Source of the DNA: an uncultured Actinomycetes bacterium
GTDB taxonomy: Bacteria; Actinomycetota; Acidimicrobiia; Acidimicrobiales; RAAP-2
NCBI GenBank assembly: GCA_903873775.1
Contig: CAIQPR010000017.1
Span: 69,719-133,718 of the forward strand
Length of the DNA stretch: 64,000 nucleotides
Direction: 5' to 3'
The translations under genes and the position numbers were made by a program. The stretch's first letter is position 1; every line of letters begins with the position of its first letter. The notes under the pieces are model-generated. The model made no database searches, was not told the DNA's origin, and saw nothing but the letters and a program-made list of their open reading frames with translations. Below, piece by piece: positions 39,829 to 52,315 of the stretch.

Positions 39829-41395
39829 ACTCGTCGCACTTGATGCATCGGGACTCGGTCCCATTGATGGAGCATCCATTGAATTCGGTCCGGGGTTCAA
39901 CGTCCTAACGGGGGAGACCGGCGCAGGGAAAACCTTGCTCGTGGGGGCACTTTCTTTGTGTCTGGGCTCGTCGGACACGCGCGGCTCACGAGGAGACGCC
40001 TCACTACGGGTGGCGAGTGTCTTTCGGACGAGTTCCGGCGAAGTCTCGTTGCGACGAGAGCAAGTTGCGGGAGGTCGCCTGCGATCCTTCGTGAATGGCG
40101 GCTCTGTGAGCTCTGAGGAACTTAGGACGCTGGCCCAGGACCTCCTGGTCATCCATGGACAGCACGATTCCCTGCGGCTTCGTCAACGCGCAGAACTCGT
40201 CCGACTGATCGACGAGCACGGTGATGTGGACGACACACCACTTCGAGATGTGCGAACGCGAATTGCGGACCTCGAGCATCAGCGTGACACGTGGGGAGTG
40301 GACCCGGGCAAATGGGAGCAGGAGCTCGAGTTTCGCCGGTTTCAGGTCGCCGAGATCGACCGTGTTGCGCCCACGGACAGTGATGAACTTGACGCCACTC
40401 TGCAGCGGCTCGAAGAAGTGTCGTCGGCGTTGCATCACCTGGGTGCCTTGAGTGCGGCCGTGGAGATCCTCGATGGCGACAGCGAGACTGCCGTCCTGTC
40501 ACTGATGACCCGTGTCGTCCACGACATTCCCGTCGAAGGTAAGTTCGGTGACTTCCGTGATCGACTCACATCCGTGGTCCTCGACGCTCGAGAAGTCGTT
40601 CGTGAATTGGCGGACGAAACGTCGAGAATTGAAGCAGACCCCGATGAATTGGGCCGCTTGAATGAGCGGGTGAGCCAGCTGCAAGCACTGGCCAGGAAGC
40701 ATGGGGGATCCCTCGCAGCCGTTCTTGAGGCCCGTGAACGACTCGTTCAAGAGATTGCGGACGCCGAGGCGATGGCCGACACGGTCGTGACATTGGACGA
40801 GTCGCTCCGAGAACTGCGAATGGAAGAAAATCGACTCGCGGAGATCGTCAAGAAGGCACGTCGGGTCAGCGCAAATTCGCTACAGGACGCAGTGATCGCG
40901 CAATTCACGCGGGTGGCCCTCCCGGGAGCTCATCTCGAGATCGTGGTTGAGGGCGATGACGGGAGCGATGTGGAGTTTCTCTTTTCGCCGTCCCCCGGGA
41001 GGACGGGCGGACCACTCCGTACGATTGCAAGTGGCGGCGAACTATCGAGAATTCTGCTCGCCCTCTCACTGGTCTCGGTTCCGGACGATGTCGTCGCGGT
41101 GTTTGACGAGATCGACGCTGGCGTGGGCGGCACCGTCGCGCAACAAATTGGAGAGTGTCTGCAGGAATTGGCTCGCACGCAGCAGGTCATCGTCGTCACG
41201 CACCTCGCGTCAATTGCGGCCAAGGCTGATCGCCATTTCGTCGTAAAGAAAGCCGTGCGAGATGGCGTCGCCGCGACCGATGTAGCCGAGGTACGAGGAG
41301 AGTCGCGCGTCAGCGAAATTGCCCGCATGCTCGCGGGTGACAGTGCGAGTGCGGAGTCGCGTGCGCTCGCAGCGCGCCTGCTCAGTGGCGGGTGA
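39815..41395 (+). CDS. recN: DNA repair protein RecN
   Basis: LTGETGAGKT, IHGQH, ASGGELSR, FDEIDAGVGG. Start ATG 39815. Confidence 0.95.
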   Translation: MPKVELVALDASGLGPIDGASIEFGPGFNVLTGETGAGKTLLVGALSLCLGSSDTRGSRGDASLRVASVFRTSSGEVSLRREQVAGGRLRSFVNGGSVSSEELRTLAQDLLVIHGQHDSLRLRQRAELVRLIDEHGDVDDTPLRDVRTRIADLEHQRDTWGVDPGKWEQELEFRRFQVAEIDRVAPTDSDELDATLQRLEEVSSALHHLGALSAAVEILDGDSETAVLSLMTRVVHDIPVEGKFGDFRDRLTSVVLDAREVVRELADETSRIEADPDELGRLNERVSQLQALARKHGGSLAAVLEARERLVQEIADAEAMADTVVTLDESLRELRMEENRLAEIVKKARRVSANSLQDAVIAQFTRVALPGAHLEIVVEGDDGSDVEFLFSPSPGRTGGPLRTIASGGELSRILLALSLVSVPDDVVAVFDEIDAGVGGTVAQQIGECLQELARTQQVIVVTHLASIAAKADRHFVVKKAVRDGVAATDVAEVRGESRVSEIARMLAGDSASAESRALAARLLSGG

Positions 41396-41434
41396 GCATC
41401 GCCCCGAAGGACGGGCAACTGTTGTACGATGTAA

Positions 41435-43648
<2,214 letters not shown>

Positions 43649-43656
<8 letters not shown>

Positions 43657-44557
43657 CGCCGCGCTGCAACGGGAGTTCCTGCGTTGGCTTGTCATCGAAA
43701 AGGGTCGGAGTCCGGCGACGGTCGAGGCGTACGACCGAGATCTCACCGCGCTCGGACGCTGGCTGGCAACTCGTTCCCAAAATGTGCGAACCATGGATGC
43801 TCCGCTGCTCGAGGAGTACTTAGCCTCCCAGCGTGCGCAGGGTCTTTCGGCGTCGACAGTGACGAGATCGCTCGCTGCGATCCGTGGCTTTTACGCATTT
43901 CTCGTGGACGAGGGCCTCGCGTCGGGCAGTCCGGCTTCCGGCGTCACTCCGGGCCGTCGGCGTCGGTCACTGCCGAAGCCTCTCAGCGAGGACGCTATTG
44001 ATCGTCTTCTGTCCGCGCACCGACTCACGTCGTCGCCCGCACTGGCGCTACGCGACCAGGTGCTGCTCGAGTTGCTGTACGGCACAGGTTGTCGGGTGTC
44101 GGAAGCGGTCGGTATTGAACTCGGGGATATTGATTTCGATGAGGATCTGATTCGCGTGACGGGAAAGGGATCAAAGCAACGTTTGGTGCCGATGGGTGAG
44201 CCATTGCGTGACGCTCTTTTCGCATATCTCGCCCCGATCGGACGACCATCTCTTGTTACCGATGCTTCACGCTCGCATCTCTTTCTGAATGCCCGGGGCG
44301 GTCGCCTGACGCGGCAAGGGGTGGATCTCGTTATCCACGAACGAGCTCTCGCCGCGGGTGTGCCCACGGGCGAGGTGTCGGCCCACGTCTTTCGTCACTC
44401 CTGCGCGACGCACATGCTCGAGCACGGAGCTGACATTCGTGTCGTGCAGGAGCTCCTCGGTCACGCGTCTATTTCGACGACGCAGGTCTATACCGCAGTC
44501 ACAACGACAACTCTGCGTCAGGCGTACGTCGACGCCCATCCACGAGCACACGGATAG
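43649..44557 (+). CDS. xerD: site-specific tyrosine recombinase XerD
   Basis: Catalytic R (GCRVSE), K (GKGSKQR), HVFRHS, LGH, TTQVYT; canonical chromosomal position. Start TTG 43649. Confidence 0.93.
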
Positions 44558-44575
44558 GGCTGGTAGACAATCTCC

Positions 44576-45217
44576 ATGAGTGTCGACCTGACTCAAATTG
44601 TCCTGCGACTCGGTGCCATCGTTCCCTCGATTGTCTTGCACGAAGTCGCGCACGGGGCAGTCGCCGATCATTACGGGGATCACACGGCTCGTCGTGCCGG
44701 ACGTCTGACGCTCAATCCCGTGTCACACGTTGATCCCTTTGGCACACTGTTGCTGCCGTTCGTCCTCGCCGCGAGTGGTCTACCCATGTTCGGTTACGCA
44801 AAGCCCGTGCCGGTGAACGTCAATAACCTTCGAAAGCCTCGCAATCAAAGCATCGCAGTGTCGCTCGCGGGACCGGCAGTCAACATTCTCTTGGCGGCCG
44901 TGGCCTGGGTGGTGTGCTGGATCTACATCCATCACGATCCCACCGTGAATTTCAACGTCTTGCTGTTCTTCGTGTATCTCGGCATTGGCAACGTGACGCT
45001 CGCGGCGTTGAATCTGCTGCCGATTCCACCTCTTGACGGATCCGCGCTCATCGAACGGCTCGTCCCGCGTCAACATCTCGGAACCTATTTCCGCATTCGC
45101 GGTCAGATGTTGCCGTTCGTCATCCTGCTCTTCATCGTCAGTTCGGCGGTCTTCCACTGGAGCCCGTTCACTCCGCTCACGAATTGGTGGCTCCGGTCGG
45201 CAGGGTTTGCCGTTTAG
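44576..45217 (+). CDS. site-2 protease family (M50) membrane metalloprotease
   Basis: HEVAH, AGPAVN, NLLPIPPLDG. Confidence 0.92.
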   Translation: MSVDLTQIVLRLGAIVPSIVLHEVAHGAVADHYGDHTARRAGRLTLNPVSHVDPFGTLLLPFVLAASGLPMFGYAKPVPVNVNNLRKPRNQSIAVSLAGPAVNILLAAVAWVVCWIYIHHDPTVNFNVLLFFVYLGIGNVTLAALNLLPIPPLDGSALIERLVPRQHLGTYFRIRGQMLPFVILLFIVSSAVFHWSPFTPLTNWWLRSAGFAV

Positions 45218-45231
45218 CAACCTGTACGGCG

Positions 45232-46200
45232 TCAGCCGACGAGACCCACGGCCGTGGCCGCGCGCCGATACGTCGCTTCGGCAATGGTGCTGGCCCGCTC
45301 CGCGCCTCGCGACATAATGCGCAGGACTTCCGCCGGGTCAGCCATATACGTGGCGTAACGCTGCTGAATGGGGCCGAAGACGTCGTTGATCGCGTCGCCG
45401 GTCGCCGCCTTTAGGTCGCCGTATCGCGAATACTTCTCGGCTTCAGCGCTGGGCGTTGACTCGTGCAGACCCGCGAGGATGTCGAGGAGGTTGGAGACAC
45501 CGGGCTTTGCTTTGCGGTCGTATCGGACCTCGGCATCTGTGTCGGTGACCGCCTTCTTGACCTTTTTGATGACGTCCTCAGGGCTGTCGAGCAGGCTCAC
45601 CGTACCCAGCGGACTCGAGACCGACTTGCTCATCTTGCGCTCGGGTTGCTGGAGATCCATCACCCGCGCGCCGGCGGCCGGAAAGGTGCCTTCCGGCACA
45701 ACAAACGTGTCGCCGTAGTTGAAATTGAAGCGCTCGGCAATATTGCGCGCGAGCTCAATGTGCTGACGCTGGTCGTCGCCGACCGGTACATGGGTTGTGT
45801 CGTACAACAAAATGTCGGCCGCCTGGAGGACCGGGTAGGTGAACAAGCCGACCTTTCCAAGACTCTTCTCGGCCTTTTCTTTGTACTGCGTCATGCGGTT
45901 CAACTCACCCATGGTCGCCACGCACTCGAGTAGCCACGACAGGCGAGGGTGGTATTGCACCTCCGACTGCAAGAAAAAGGTGCATTTGTCAGGGTCAATG
46001 CCCGCCGCGAGCAATGACGCCGCGCATTCAACGGTGTTTTGGCGCAAAGCTGCGGGTTCGATGGGCAGCGTCAAAGAATGCAGATCAACGACGCAGTAGA
46101 AGGCGTCTTCGTGTTGCTCGCGCACCCAGGTTCGTATCGCACCGAGATAATTTCCCAAATGAATGGTTCCCGATGGCTGAATTCCTGAAAGCACCCGCAT
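45232..46200 (-). CDS. trpS: tryptophan--tRNA ligase
   Basis: SGIQPSG, HLGNY, VPVGDDQ, KMSKS. Start ATG 46200 supported by a TACGAT-N6 promoter. Confidence 0.97.
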   Translation of the reverse strand: MRVLSGIQPSGTIHLGNYLGAIRTWVREQHEDAFYCVVDLHSLTLPIEPAALRQNTVECAASLLAAGIDPDKCTFFLQSEVQYHPRLSWLLECVATMGELNRMTQYKEKAEKSLGKVGLFTYPVLQAADILLYDTTHVPVGDDQRQHIELARNIAERFNFNYGDTFVVPEGTFPAAGARVMDLQQPERKMSKSVSSPLGTVSLLDSPEDVIKKVKKAVTDTDAEVRYDRKAKPGVSNLLDILAGLHESTPSAEAEKYSRYGDLKAATGDAINDVFGPIQQRYATYMADPAEVLRIMSRGAERASTIAEATYRRAATAVGLVG

Positions 46201-46248
46201 GTCTCCATCGTACGTGAGCATGGTCACGAGGTTGAGTAGAGTTCGTCC
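46201..46248. promoter_or_regulatory. back-to-back putative leaderless promoters (trpS / scpA)
   Basis: Minus strand TACGAT (46207-46212) + 6 nt + ATG; plus strand TAGAGT (46237-46242) + 6 nt + GTG. Confidence 0.6.
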
Positions 46249-47025
46249 GTGACCTACGTCGTGACGACGCCGGCATTCAGCGGGCCCATCGAACTGCTCC
46301 TGCAACTCATCAGTTCGCATGACGTGGATGTTCTCGACGTGCCCCTCGCACCCATTGTCGATTCCTTCGTGGCCATCGTTCGCGATGCGCCCGAGACGCT
46401 CGAAATCGAGGAACTCTCTGAATTCCTCCTCGTGGCCGCCATCTTGCTGGAACTCAAGAGCCAGAGGCTGCTCCCCGGTCGCGAAGTGTCCGATATGGAC
46501 GAGGAATTCATTGGCTGGGAAGAACGGGATGTTCTTCTCGCACGACTGCTAGAACTGCGGACGTACGCCGGCCTCGCGGACGCCTTCGTGTCGTTGTTCG
46601 AGCGCGCCAGCCGTAGTTTTCCGCGTCTGGCGGGTCTGCCGTTGGATTTCGTCGTTCAGCCGCCAGATCTCCTGGCTGGCGTCACTCCCGGTCACCTGGC
46701 CGAGGCGTATTTGAAGGGCATCGAAGAAAAGCCGGTGCCCGTTGTGCGATTGCACCACGTCACCGTGGACGCCGTGACCGTAGCGGAGACTGTTGTCACC
46801 CTGGCGCAGCGCTTGCCGTCCATGGGTCGCCTGAGCTTCCGTGAGCTCACGTCCGCGCTCAGCACGCGCATCGAGATCATTGTCCACTTCCTGGCTCTTC
46901 TAGAGCTGTGCAAGCTGGGGCACGTGGACCTGGGTCAAGGTTCGACATTCGGCGATCTCGACATTCAGTGGGTCAGCGAGGACCGAACACTCGAAATTGG
47001 AATGGTGGATGTATATGAGGGATGA
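46249..47025 (+). CDS. scpA: segregation and condensation protein A (kleisin)
   Basis: FSGPIELLLQLI, FLVAAILLELKSQRLLP, HFLALLELCK. Confidence 0.93.
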   Translation: MTYVVTTPAFSGPIELLLQLISSHDVDVLDVPLAPIVDSFVAIVRDAPETLEIEELSEFLLVAAILLELKSQRLLPGREVSDMDEEFIGWEERDVLLARLLELRTYAGLADAFVSLFERASRSFPRLAGLPLDFVVQPPDLLAGVTPGHLAEAYLKGIEEKPVPVVRLHHVTVDAVTVAETVVTLAQRLPSMGRLSFRELTSALSTRIEIIVHFLALLELCKLGHVDLGQGSTFGDLDIQWVSEDRTLEIGMVDVYEG

Positions 47026-47602
47026 GTTCTCATTGGAGCAGAAACTCGAAGCGATGCTCTCTGTGGCCTTGGAGCCAGTTTCGTCTGCGGAATTGGCTGA
47101 TGTCCTCGAGGTCGATGAAGCGACGGTGAGTGATTGTTTGCGGTCTCTGCGCGATGAATACATCGCCGAGCGACGGGGTTTCGTGTTTGTCGAGCTCGCG
47201 AGCGGTTGGTCCATGCAGAGCTCGCCCGACGTGGCCGAGTGGGTGACCCGCTTTGCTAATCGAGATGTGTCTCATCGCTTGTCCGCAGCCGCTCTCGAAA
47301 CGCTGGCGATCATTGCCTACCGTCAGCCGGTGTCACGCGCTCAGATCTCCGCGCTTCGAGGCGTGAACGTAGATGGCGTCGTGAGATTGCTCGAACAACG
47401 GGGCTACATCGAAGAACGTGGTCGGGCGGATGGGCCAGGACAGGCCATCCTCTACGGGACCACCGAATTGTTTCTCGATCGCATGGGACTGGCCAGTCTC
47501 CACGACCTGCCACCCATCGAAGCATTTCTGCCGCACGTTGACGTCGCCAACGCGTTGGCTGACGAGGTGCTGGCGAGCGCCCCGTCCACCGAGGAGTCGT
47601 AG
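47015..47602 (+). CDS. scpB: segregation and condensation protein B
   Basis: LSAAALETLAIIAYRQPVSR, YGTTELFL. Start ATG 47015. Confidence 0.95.
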   Translation: MRDEFSLEQKLEAMLSVALEPVSSAELADVLEVDEATVSDCLRSLRDEYIAERRGFVFVELASGWSMQSSPDVAEWVTRFANRDVSHRLSAAALETLAIIAYRQPVSRAQISALRGVNVDGVVRLLEQRGYIEERGRADGPGQAILYGTTELFLDRMGLASLHDLPPIEAFLPHVDVANALADEVLASAPSTEES

Positions 47603-48352
47603 TTGGACGAGTACGAGGACGGTGAGCGCCTCCAAAAGACATTGGCGCGTGCAGGGTACGGATCGCGCCGTGCCTGCGAATTGCTGATTGATGCAGGTCG
47701 TGTCACGGTCGACGGACGCGTCGCGAAGTTGGGAAATCGTGTCGATCCCGACCGAAGCCTGATCTGCGTCGACGGCATCATGGCGCCCACCGCGCCGAAC
47801 AACGTCTACTACCTCCTGAATAAGCCGGCGGGCGTGGTGACGACCGCTGACGACCCTCAGGGCCGCCCAACGGTCCTGGACCTCGTGACATCGTCGGCGC
47901 GGATCTTTCCGGTCGGACGCCTCGATATGAATACCGAAGGTCTCTTACTACTCACGAACGATGGCCGCATGGCGCACCTGCTGACCCATCCTTCCAGTGG
48001 GGTGGATAAGGAGTATCTCGTGCGAGTGCAGGGCGACCCGACGCCCGGCGCCATTCGACGACTCCGTGAGGGCATCGAGCTGGAGGACGGCATGACGGCC
48101 CCGGCCAGTGTGAGCCGGGTCAGCGACGGACTTCTCCGGATCGTTATCCACGAGGGAAGGAATCGCCAGGTTCGTCGGATGTGTTCGGCGATTGGACATG
48201 AAGTGATTCGACTCGTACGCACGCGCATTGGTCCCATTCATGACGCCACACTTCCCCCCGGCTCGTCGCGGCAACTGTCCCTCGCCGAGATTCGAAAACT
48301 GATGGACACCGTTGGAGTCGTTGACTTCTCCGACACTACGATGCACCCATGA
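47603..48352 (+). CDS. rluB: 23S rRNA pseudouridine synthase (RluB-like)
   Basis: S4 domain (RLQKTLARAG), VGRLD catalytic Asp, EGRNRQVRRM. Confidence 0.9.
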   Translation: MDEYEDGERLQKTLARAGYGSRRACELLIDAGRVTVDGRVAKLGNRVDPDRSLICVDGIMAPTAPNNVYYLLNKPAGVVTTADDPQGRPTVLDLVTSSARIFPVGRLDMNTEGLLLLTNDGRMAHLLTHPSSGVDKEYLVRVQGDPTPGAIRRLREGIELEDGMTAPASVSRVSDGLLRIVIHEGRNRQVRRMCSAIGHEVIRLVRTRIGPIHDATLPPGSSRQLSLAEIRKLMDTVGVVDFSDTTMHP

Positions 48353-48720
48353 CAACCGAACGAGTGCGCGCCATTCGCGGCGCCACCACAGTCGACGATG
48401 ATTCGACCGCCTCGATAGGAGAGCGCGTTCGCGAACTCCTCATCGAGATTCAGCGCCGCAACAGCATTGCGCACGACGACATCATCAGTGTCTTCTTCAC
48501 CGCGACTCCCGACCTCACGTCCATGTTTCCTGCGGCCGCAGCCCGTGATATCGGATTTGGCGACGTGCCTTTGATCTGTGCCACCGAAATTGACGTCGTG
48601 GGAGCGACCCCCAAGTGCGTCCGCGTCATGTTGCACGTGTACTCCACCATTGAACGCGACAAGATTCGCCACACCTACCTGCACGGCGCGCAGGGCCTCC
48701 GCGATGATCTCCCCGAGTAA
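48349..48720 (+). CDS. aroH: chorismate mutase, AroH class
   Basis: VRAIRGATT, FTATPDL, FPA, PLICATEI, YLHGAQGLRDDL. Confidence 0.92.
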   Translation: MTTERVRAIRGATTVDDDSTASIGERVRELLIEIQRRNSIAHDDIISVFFTATPDLTSMFPAAAARDIGFGDVPLICATEIDVVGATPKCVRVMLHVYSTIERDKIRHTYLHGAQGLRDDLPE

Positions 48721-49780
48721 TCGGCGGGCACACGTTGTCGGTCTGGGCCTCATTGGCGGATCCGTCGCTCTAGCGTTGCGAGACCATGGATGGTCGCTGT
48801 CCGGGACGGATGTCGACGAATCGGTGGTGGACAAGGCGCTTTCGATGGGGATTATTGAGTTCACCGTGTGTCCGAACGACGTGACACTGGTCGTCGTCGC
48901 GGTCCCCGCCGGCCACGTTGTAGAGGCAGTGAGGTCGGTGCTCGCGCAGAGCTCGGCGGAGACCATCGTCACTGACGTGGCGGGGGTCAAGGGTTCGATC
49001 GTGGACGCCATTGGCGACGTTCGCTTCGTGGGGGGACACCCGATGGCGGGAAGCGAGCAGCGCGGCCTGGACGGGTCACGAGCGGACCTCTTCCGCGGAT
49101 GTACGTGGGTTCTCACACCGACGCCGTCGACGCCGCCTGAGATTTACAGTCGGTTGCACGGCATCTTGCGGGATCTCGATGCCAATGTGGTCGCGCTCGA
49201 CCACGCGACGCACGACCGACTTGTTGCGATGGCGAGCCACGTGCCGCATCTCGTCGCGGGTGCTCTCATGAACGAGGCGTCCGCGGTCGCGGAGAGTGAC
49301 GGTGCGTTACTGCAACTCGCGGCGGGAGGATTCCGGGACATGACCCGCGTGTCGGCGGGCGATCCGTCGATTTGGCCGGATGTTCTTATCGAGAACGCCG
49401 AAGCGGTCACCGCCGGCCTCGCGGACCTGCGTGGGCGCCTCCAACGATTAGAGGAACTGATTCGTAGCCAGAATCGCGCGGAGTTGATGTCCGATCTGAG
49501 GACTGCGTCCTCGGCGCGTCGTGAGCTGCCGGGGCGGAGCGTCGCCTCCGCGCATTTGGCCTATTTGCGCGTGCCGGTACTGGACCGACCGGGAGTGCTG
49601 GCTGAAGTGACCACTACCGCGAGCGACATCAACGTCAACATCTTCGACCTCGAGATCGCCCACAGCGTGGAAGGGCAACCGGGTGTTCTGCTCATGGCGG
49701 TCGAACACGACCATGTTGATCGTTTTGTGGTGGCTCTGGAGTCTCGCGGATACCGCGTCACCACCGAGGTCCGCTCGTGA
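48704..49780 (+). CDS. tyrA: prephenate/arogenate dehydrogenase with C-terminal ACT domain
   Basis: GLGLIGGS, TDVAGVK, GGHPMAG, SHVPH, GGFRDMTR, ACT motif DRPGVLAEV. Start ATG 48704. Confidence 0.92.
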   Translation: MISPSNRRAHVVGLGLIGGSVALALRDHGWSLSGTDVDESVVDKALSMGIIEFTVCPNDVTLVVVAVPAGHVVEAVRSVLAQSSAETIVTDVAGVKGSIVDAIGDVRFVGGHPMAGSEQRGLDGSRADLFRGCTWVLTPTPSTPPEIYSRLHGILRDLDANVVALDHATHDRLVAMASHVPHLVAGALMNEASAVAESDGALLQLAAGGFRDMTRVSAGDPSIWPDVLIENAEAVTAGLADLRGRLQRLEELIRSQNRAELMSDLRTASSARRELPGRSVASAHLAYLRVPVLDRPGVLAEVTTTASDINVNIFDLEIAHSVEGQPGVLLMAVEHDHVDRFVVALESRGYRVTTEVRS

Positions 49781-51057
49781 ACGTAACCGTGGAGCCCGCC
49801 GGGACGTTGCGAGGAGAGATACGCACACCCGGGGACAAATCGATCTCGCATCGGGCCTTATTGATATCTGCGCTCGCGGAAGGGGAGTCCACGATTGAGG
49901 GACTATCCGATGGCGAGGACGTGCGCGGGACACTCGAAATCATTCGCGATCTCGGCGCGACGGTATCCATCGTCGAGGACCACATCAGCGTGCGAGGTCT
50001 CGAAGACGGACTGCATCCGTCCGACCGTCCCCTCGAGTGCGGAAATTCGGGAACAACGATGAGGCTCCTGGCCGGCGTCCTCGGAAATGTGCCGGGAGAA
50101 CATCACCTACAGGGCGACCCGTCATTGAGCCAGCGCCCCATGGACCGCGTGGCGGCTCCTCTGCGCGCGATGGGCATTGACATGTCGGGCCTCGGACCTC
50201 GCATGCTGCCCCCGCTGCGCGTCACCGTGCCAAGAGGGGAGATACGGTCACTCGAGTACACGGTGCCCGTGCCCAGCGCTCAGGTGAAGTCGGCGGTACT
50301 CTTCGCGGGTCTCGCCGCCAACGGTGTGACGGAAGTTGCCGAGTCGGTGAGAACTCGAGCGAATACCGAAGAAATGTTGCAACAGGCTGGTATCACTGTT
50401 GTGTCGGAGGATTGCGGAGACGGCCGAGTGGTTCAACTCCACCCCGGCCGTCCTCAGCCGCATCGGTGGCGCGTCCCCGGCGATCCCTCGCAGGCGGCGT
50501 TCTTCATCGTGCTCGGCGCAATTCACGCCGACGCGGCGATAGAGGTTGTCGATCTCTACGACGGACCAGAGCGTCTCGGCTTCCTCGATGTGCTCGAACG
50601 AATGGGTGCGGCCATTGCACGCCACACATCGCCCGCCGGCGTGACCGTGCGTTCGCAGTCGTCAGACCTCGTGGGAACGACGGTGGAGAGTGAGGAAATT
50701 CCTTCGGTCGATGAAGTGCCCATCTTGGCGGTGGCGGCCGCGGCGGCCACCGGGACCACGCGATTTCGAGATGTTGCCGAACTTCGCATTAAGGAATCCA
50801 ACCGACTGACGGGAACGATTGAACTCTTGCGTTCCCTTGGCGTGACCGCTCGCGAGGAAGGAGACGACCTCGTAGTCGAGGGTGCCGGTAGTGCCTCCAC
50901 CTTTCATTCGTTCGAGTATCACGCGGCCTTGGACCACCGTATGGTCATGTCAGCCGCCGTCGCGGCGGCCGCGGGACGAGGTGGAGTGATCCACGGTGCG
51001 GAGACCGTGTCGTCCAGTTTCCCCAGTTTTTTTGACGATCTAGCATCACTGCGATGA
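49777..51057 (+). CDS. aroA: EPSP synthase (class II-like)
   Basis: PGDKSISHR, GNSGTT, SAQVKSA, RIKESNR, DHRM. Confidence 0.95.
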   Translation: MNVTVEPAGTLRGEIRTPGDKSISHRALLISALAEGESTIEGLSDGEDVRGTLEIIRDLGATVSIVEDHISVRGLEDGLHPSDRPLECGNSGTTMRLLAGVLGNVPGEHHLQGDPSLSQRPMDRVAAPLRAMGIDMSGLGPRMLPPLRVTVPRGEIRSLEYTVPVPSAQVKSAVLFAGLAANGVTEVAESVRTRANTEEMLQQAGITVVSEDCGDGRVVQLHPGRPQPHRWRVPGDPSQAAFFIVLGAIHADAAIEVVDLYDGPERLGFLDVLERMGAAIARHTSPAGVTVRSQSSDLVGTTVESEEIPSVDEVPILAVAAAAATGTTRFRDVAELRIKESNRLTGTIELLRSLGVTAREEGDDLVVEGAGSASTFHSFEYHAALDHRMVMSAAVAAAAGRGGVIHGAETVSSSFPSFFDDLASLR

Positions 51058-51683
51058 CACAAGAGGTGATTGCGATTGACGGGCCGGCCGGTTCCGGTAA
51101 GTCAACCGTCGCACGCGCCGTCGCGGACGCGCTGGGTTGGACCTATCTCGACACGGGTGCCATGTACCGCGCGATCACTGTCGTCGCAACGCGACGGGGC
51201 ATCGATCTCGACAATGCGAGCGAGCTCGCCGCCCTCGCGGAGTCGGCCACCATTGCCCTCACCCCTCACGTCTCGGTGAACGGGGAGAGCGTCGATGACG
51301 ATCTGCGCACGCACGCGACAAATGTGGGCGTGTCAGTTGTGGCGGCGAATGAAGGCGTCCGTCGCGCCCTCGTTCACCAGCAACGCCGTTGGGCCGCCGA
51401 ACAGCCCGTGGGCACTGTTGTTGAAGGACGTGACATCACCACCGTCGTGTTCCCCGACGCCACTCTCAAGGTGTTCCTGACGGCGACCCTGGATGAACGT
51501 GCGCGCCGACGAGGAGAAGAAGGAGCGGAGTCCGTTGCTCGTCGCGACGCGGCCGACGCCTCTCGCGCCGCATCACCACTGCGTCAGGCCGACGATGCCG
51601 TCGTGGTTGACACCACTGGTCGTAGCGTGGAAGAAGTGGTTAAGGAGATCATCGAATGTCTGACATCTCGCACATTGAACTAA
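51054..51683 (+). CDS. cmk: cytidylate kinase
   Basis: IDGPAGSGKST, LDTGAMYR, EGRDI. Confidence 0.96.
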   Translation: MTQEVIAIDGPAGSGKSTVARAVADALGWTYLDTGAMYRAITVVATRRGIDLDNASELAALAESATIALTPHVSVNGESVDDDLRTHATNVGVSVVAANEGVRRALVHQQRRWAAEQPVGTVVEGRDITTVVFPDATLKVFLTATLDERARRRGEEGAESVARRDAADASRAASPLRQADDAVVVDTTGRSVEEVVKEIIECLTSRTLN

Positions 51684-52315
51684 AGACAAAGGAAACCGTC
51701 GGTTGGAAGGTCTTCCGAGGCCTCCTGCGGGGGATCTGGGGTGTCATGTTTCGACCCGATGTCACGGGAACGGAAAACATCCCGACCTCCGGTCCGGTAC
51801 TGATTGCGCCGATTCACCGCTCGAACGTGGACTTTGCGTTCACTATTTTCATGACGCGCCGGAAGACGTTCTTCATGGCGAAGGACTCCCTGTGGGGTGT
51901 CCCCGTGCTCGCACAGTTGATTTCGACCATGGGCGCCTTTCCGGTCAAGCGCGGTACTGCTGATCGAGAATCGCTGGCGTTCGCGCAGCAAGTGCTCGAA
52001 GAGGGTCAGGCACTCGTGTTGTTTCCCGAAGGCACTCGACAAGAAGGCAACGACGTGAAGGACTTGCACGATGGTGCGATGTTCATAGCGTCTCGAACGG
52101 GCGCACCTGTTGTGCCGGTCGGCATTGGTCACACCGAACGGGCGATGCCACGTGGGGCGAAGTTTCCGCGACCGGTCAAAGTTTCCATTGTTATTGGCGA
52201 GCCCATTCAGCCCCCCACGAGTGAGACGCGTGTCACTCGATCGCAGATTGCCGCAGCTACGGAAGAACTCCGGGCGTCACTCGAAAAGGTCTACGCCCAG
52301 TCCATGCGCAATTAG
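51656..52315 (+). CDS. plsC: 1-acyl-sn-glycerol-3-phosphate acyltransferase
   Basis: HRSNVD (H-X4-D), FPEGTR; follows cmk. Confidence 0.9.
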   Translation: MSDISHIELKTKETVGWKVFRGLLRGIWGVMFRPDVTGTENIPTSGPVLIAPIHRSNVDFAFTIFMTRRKTFFMAKDSLWGVPVLAQLISTMGAFPVKRGTADRESLAFAQQVLEEGQALVLFPEGTRQEGNDVKDLHDGAMFIASRTGAPVVPVGIGHTERAMPRGAKFPRPVKVSIVIGEPIQPPTSETRVTRSQIAAATEELRASLEKVYAQSMRN

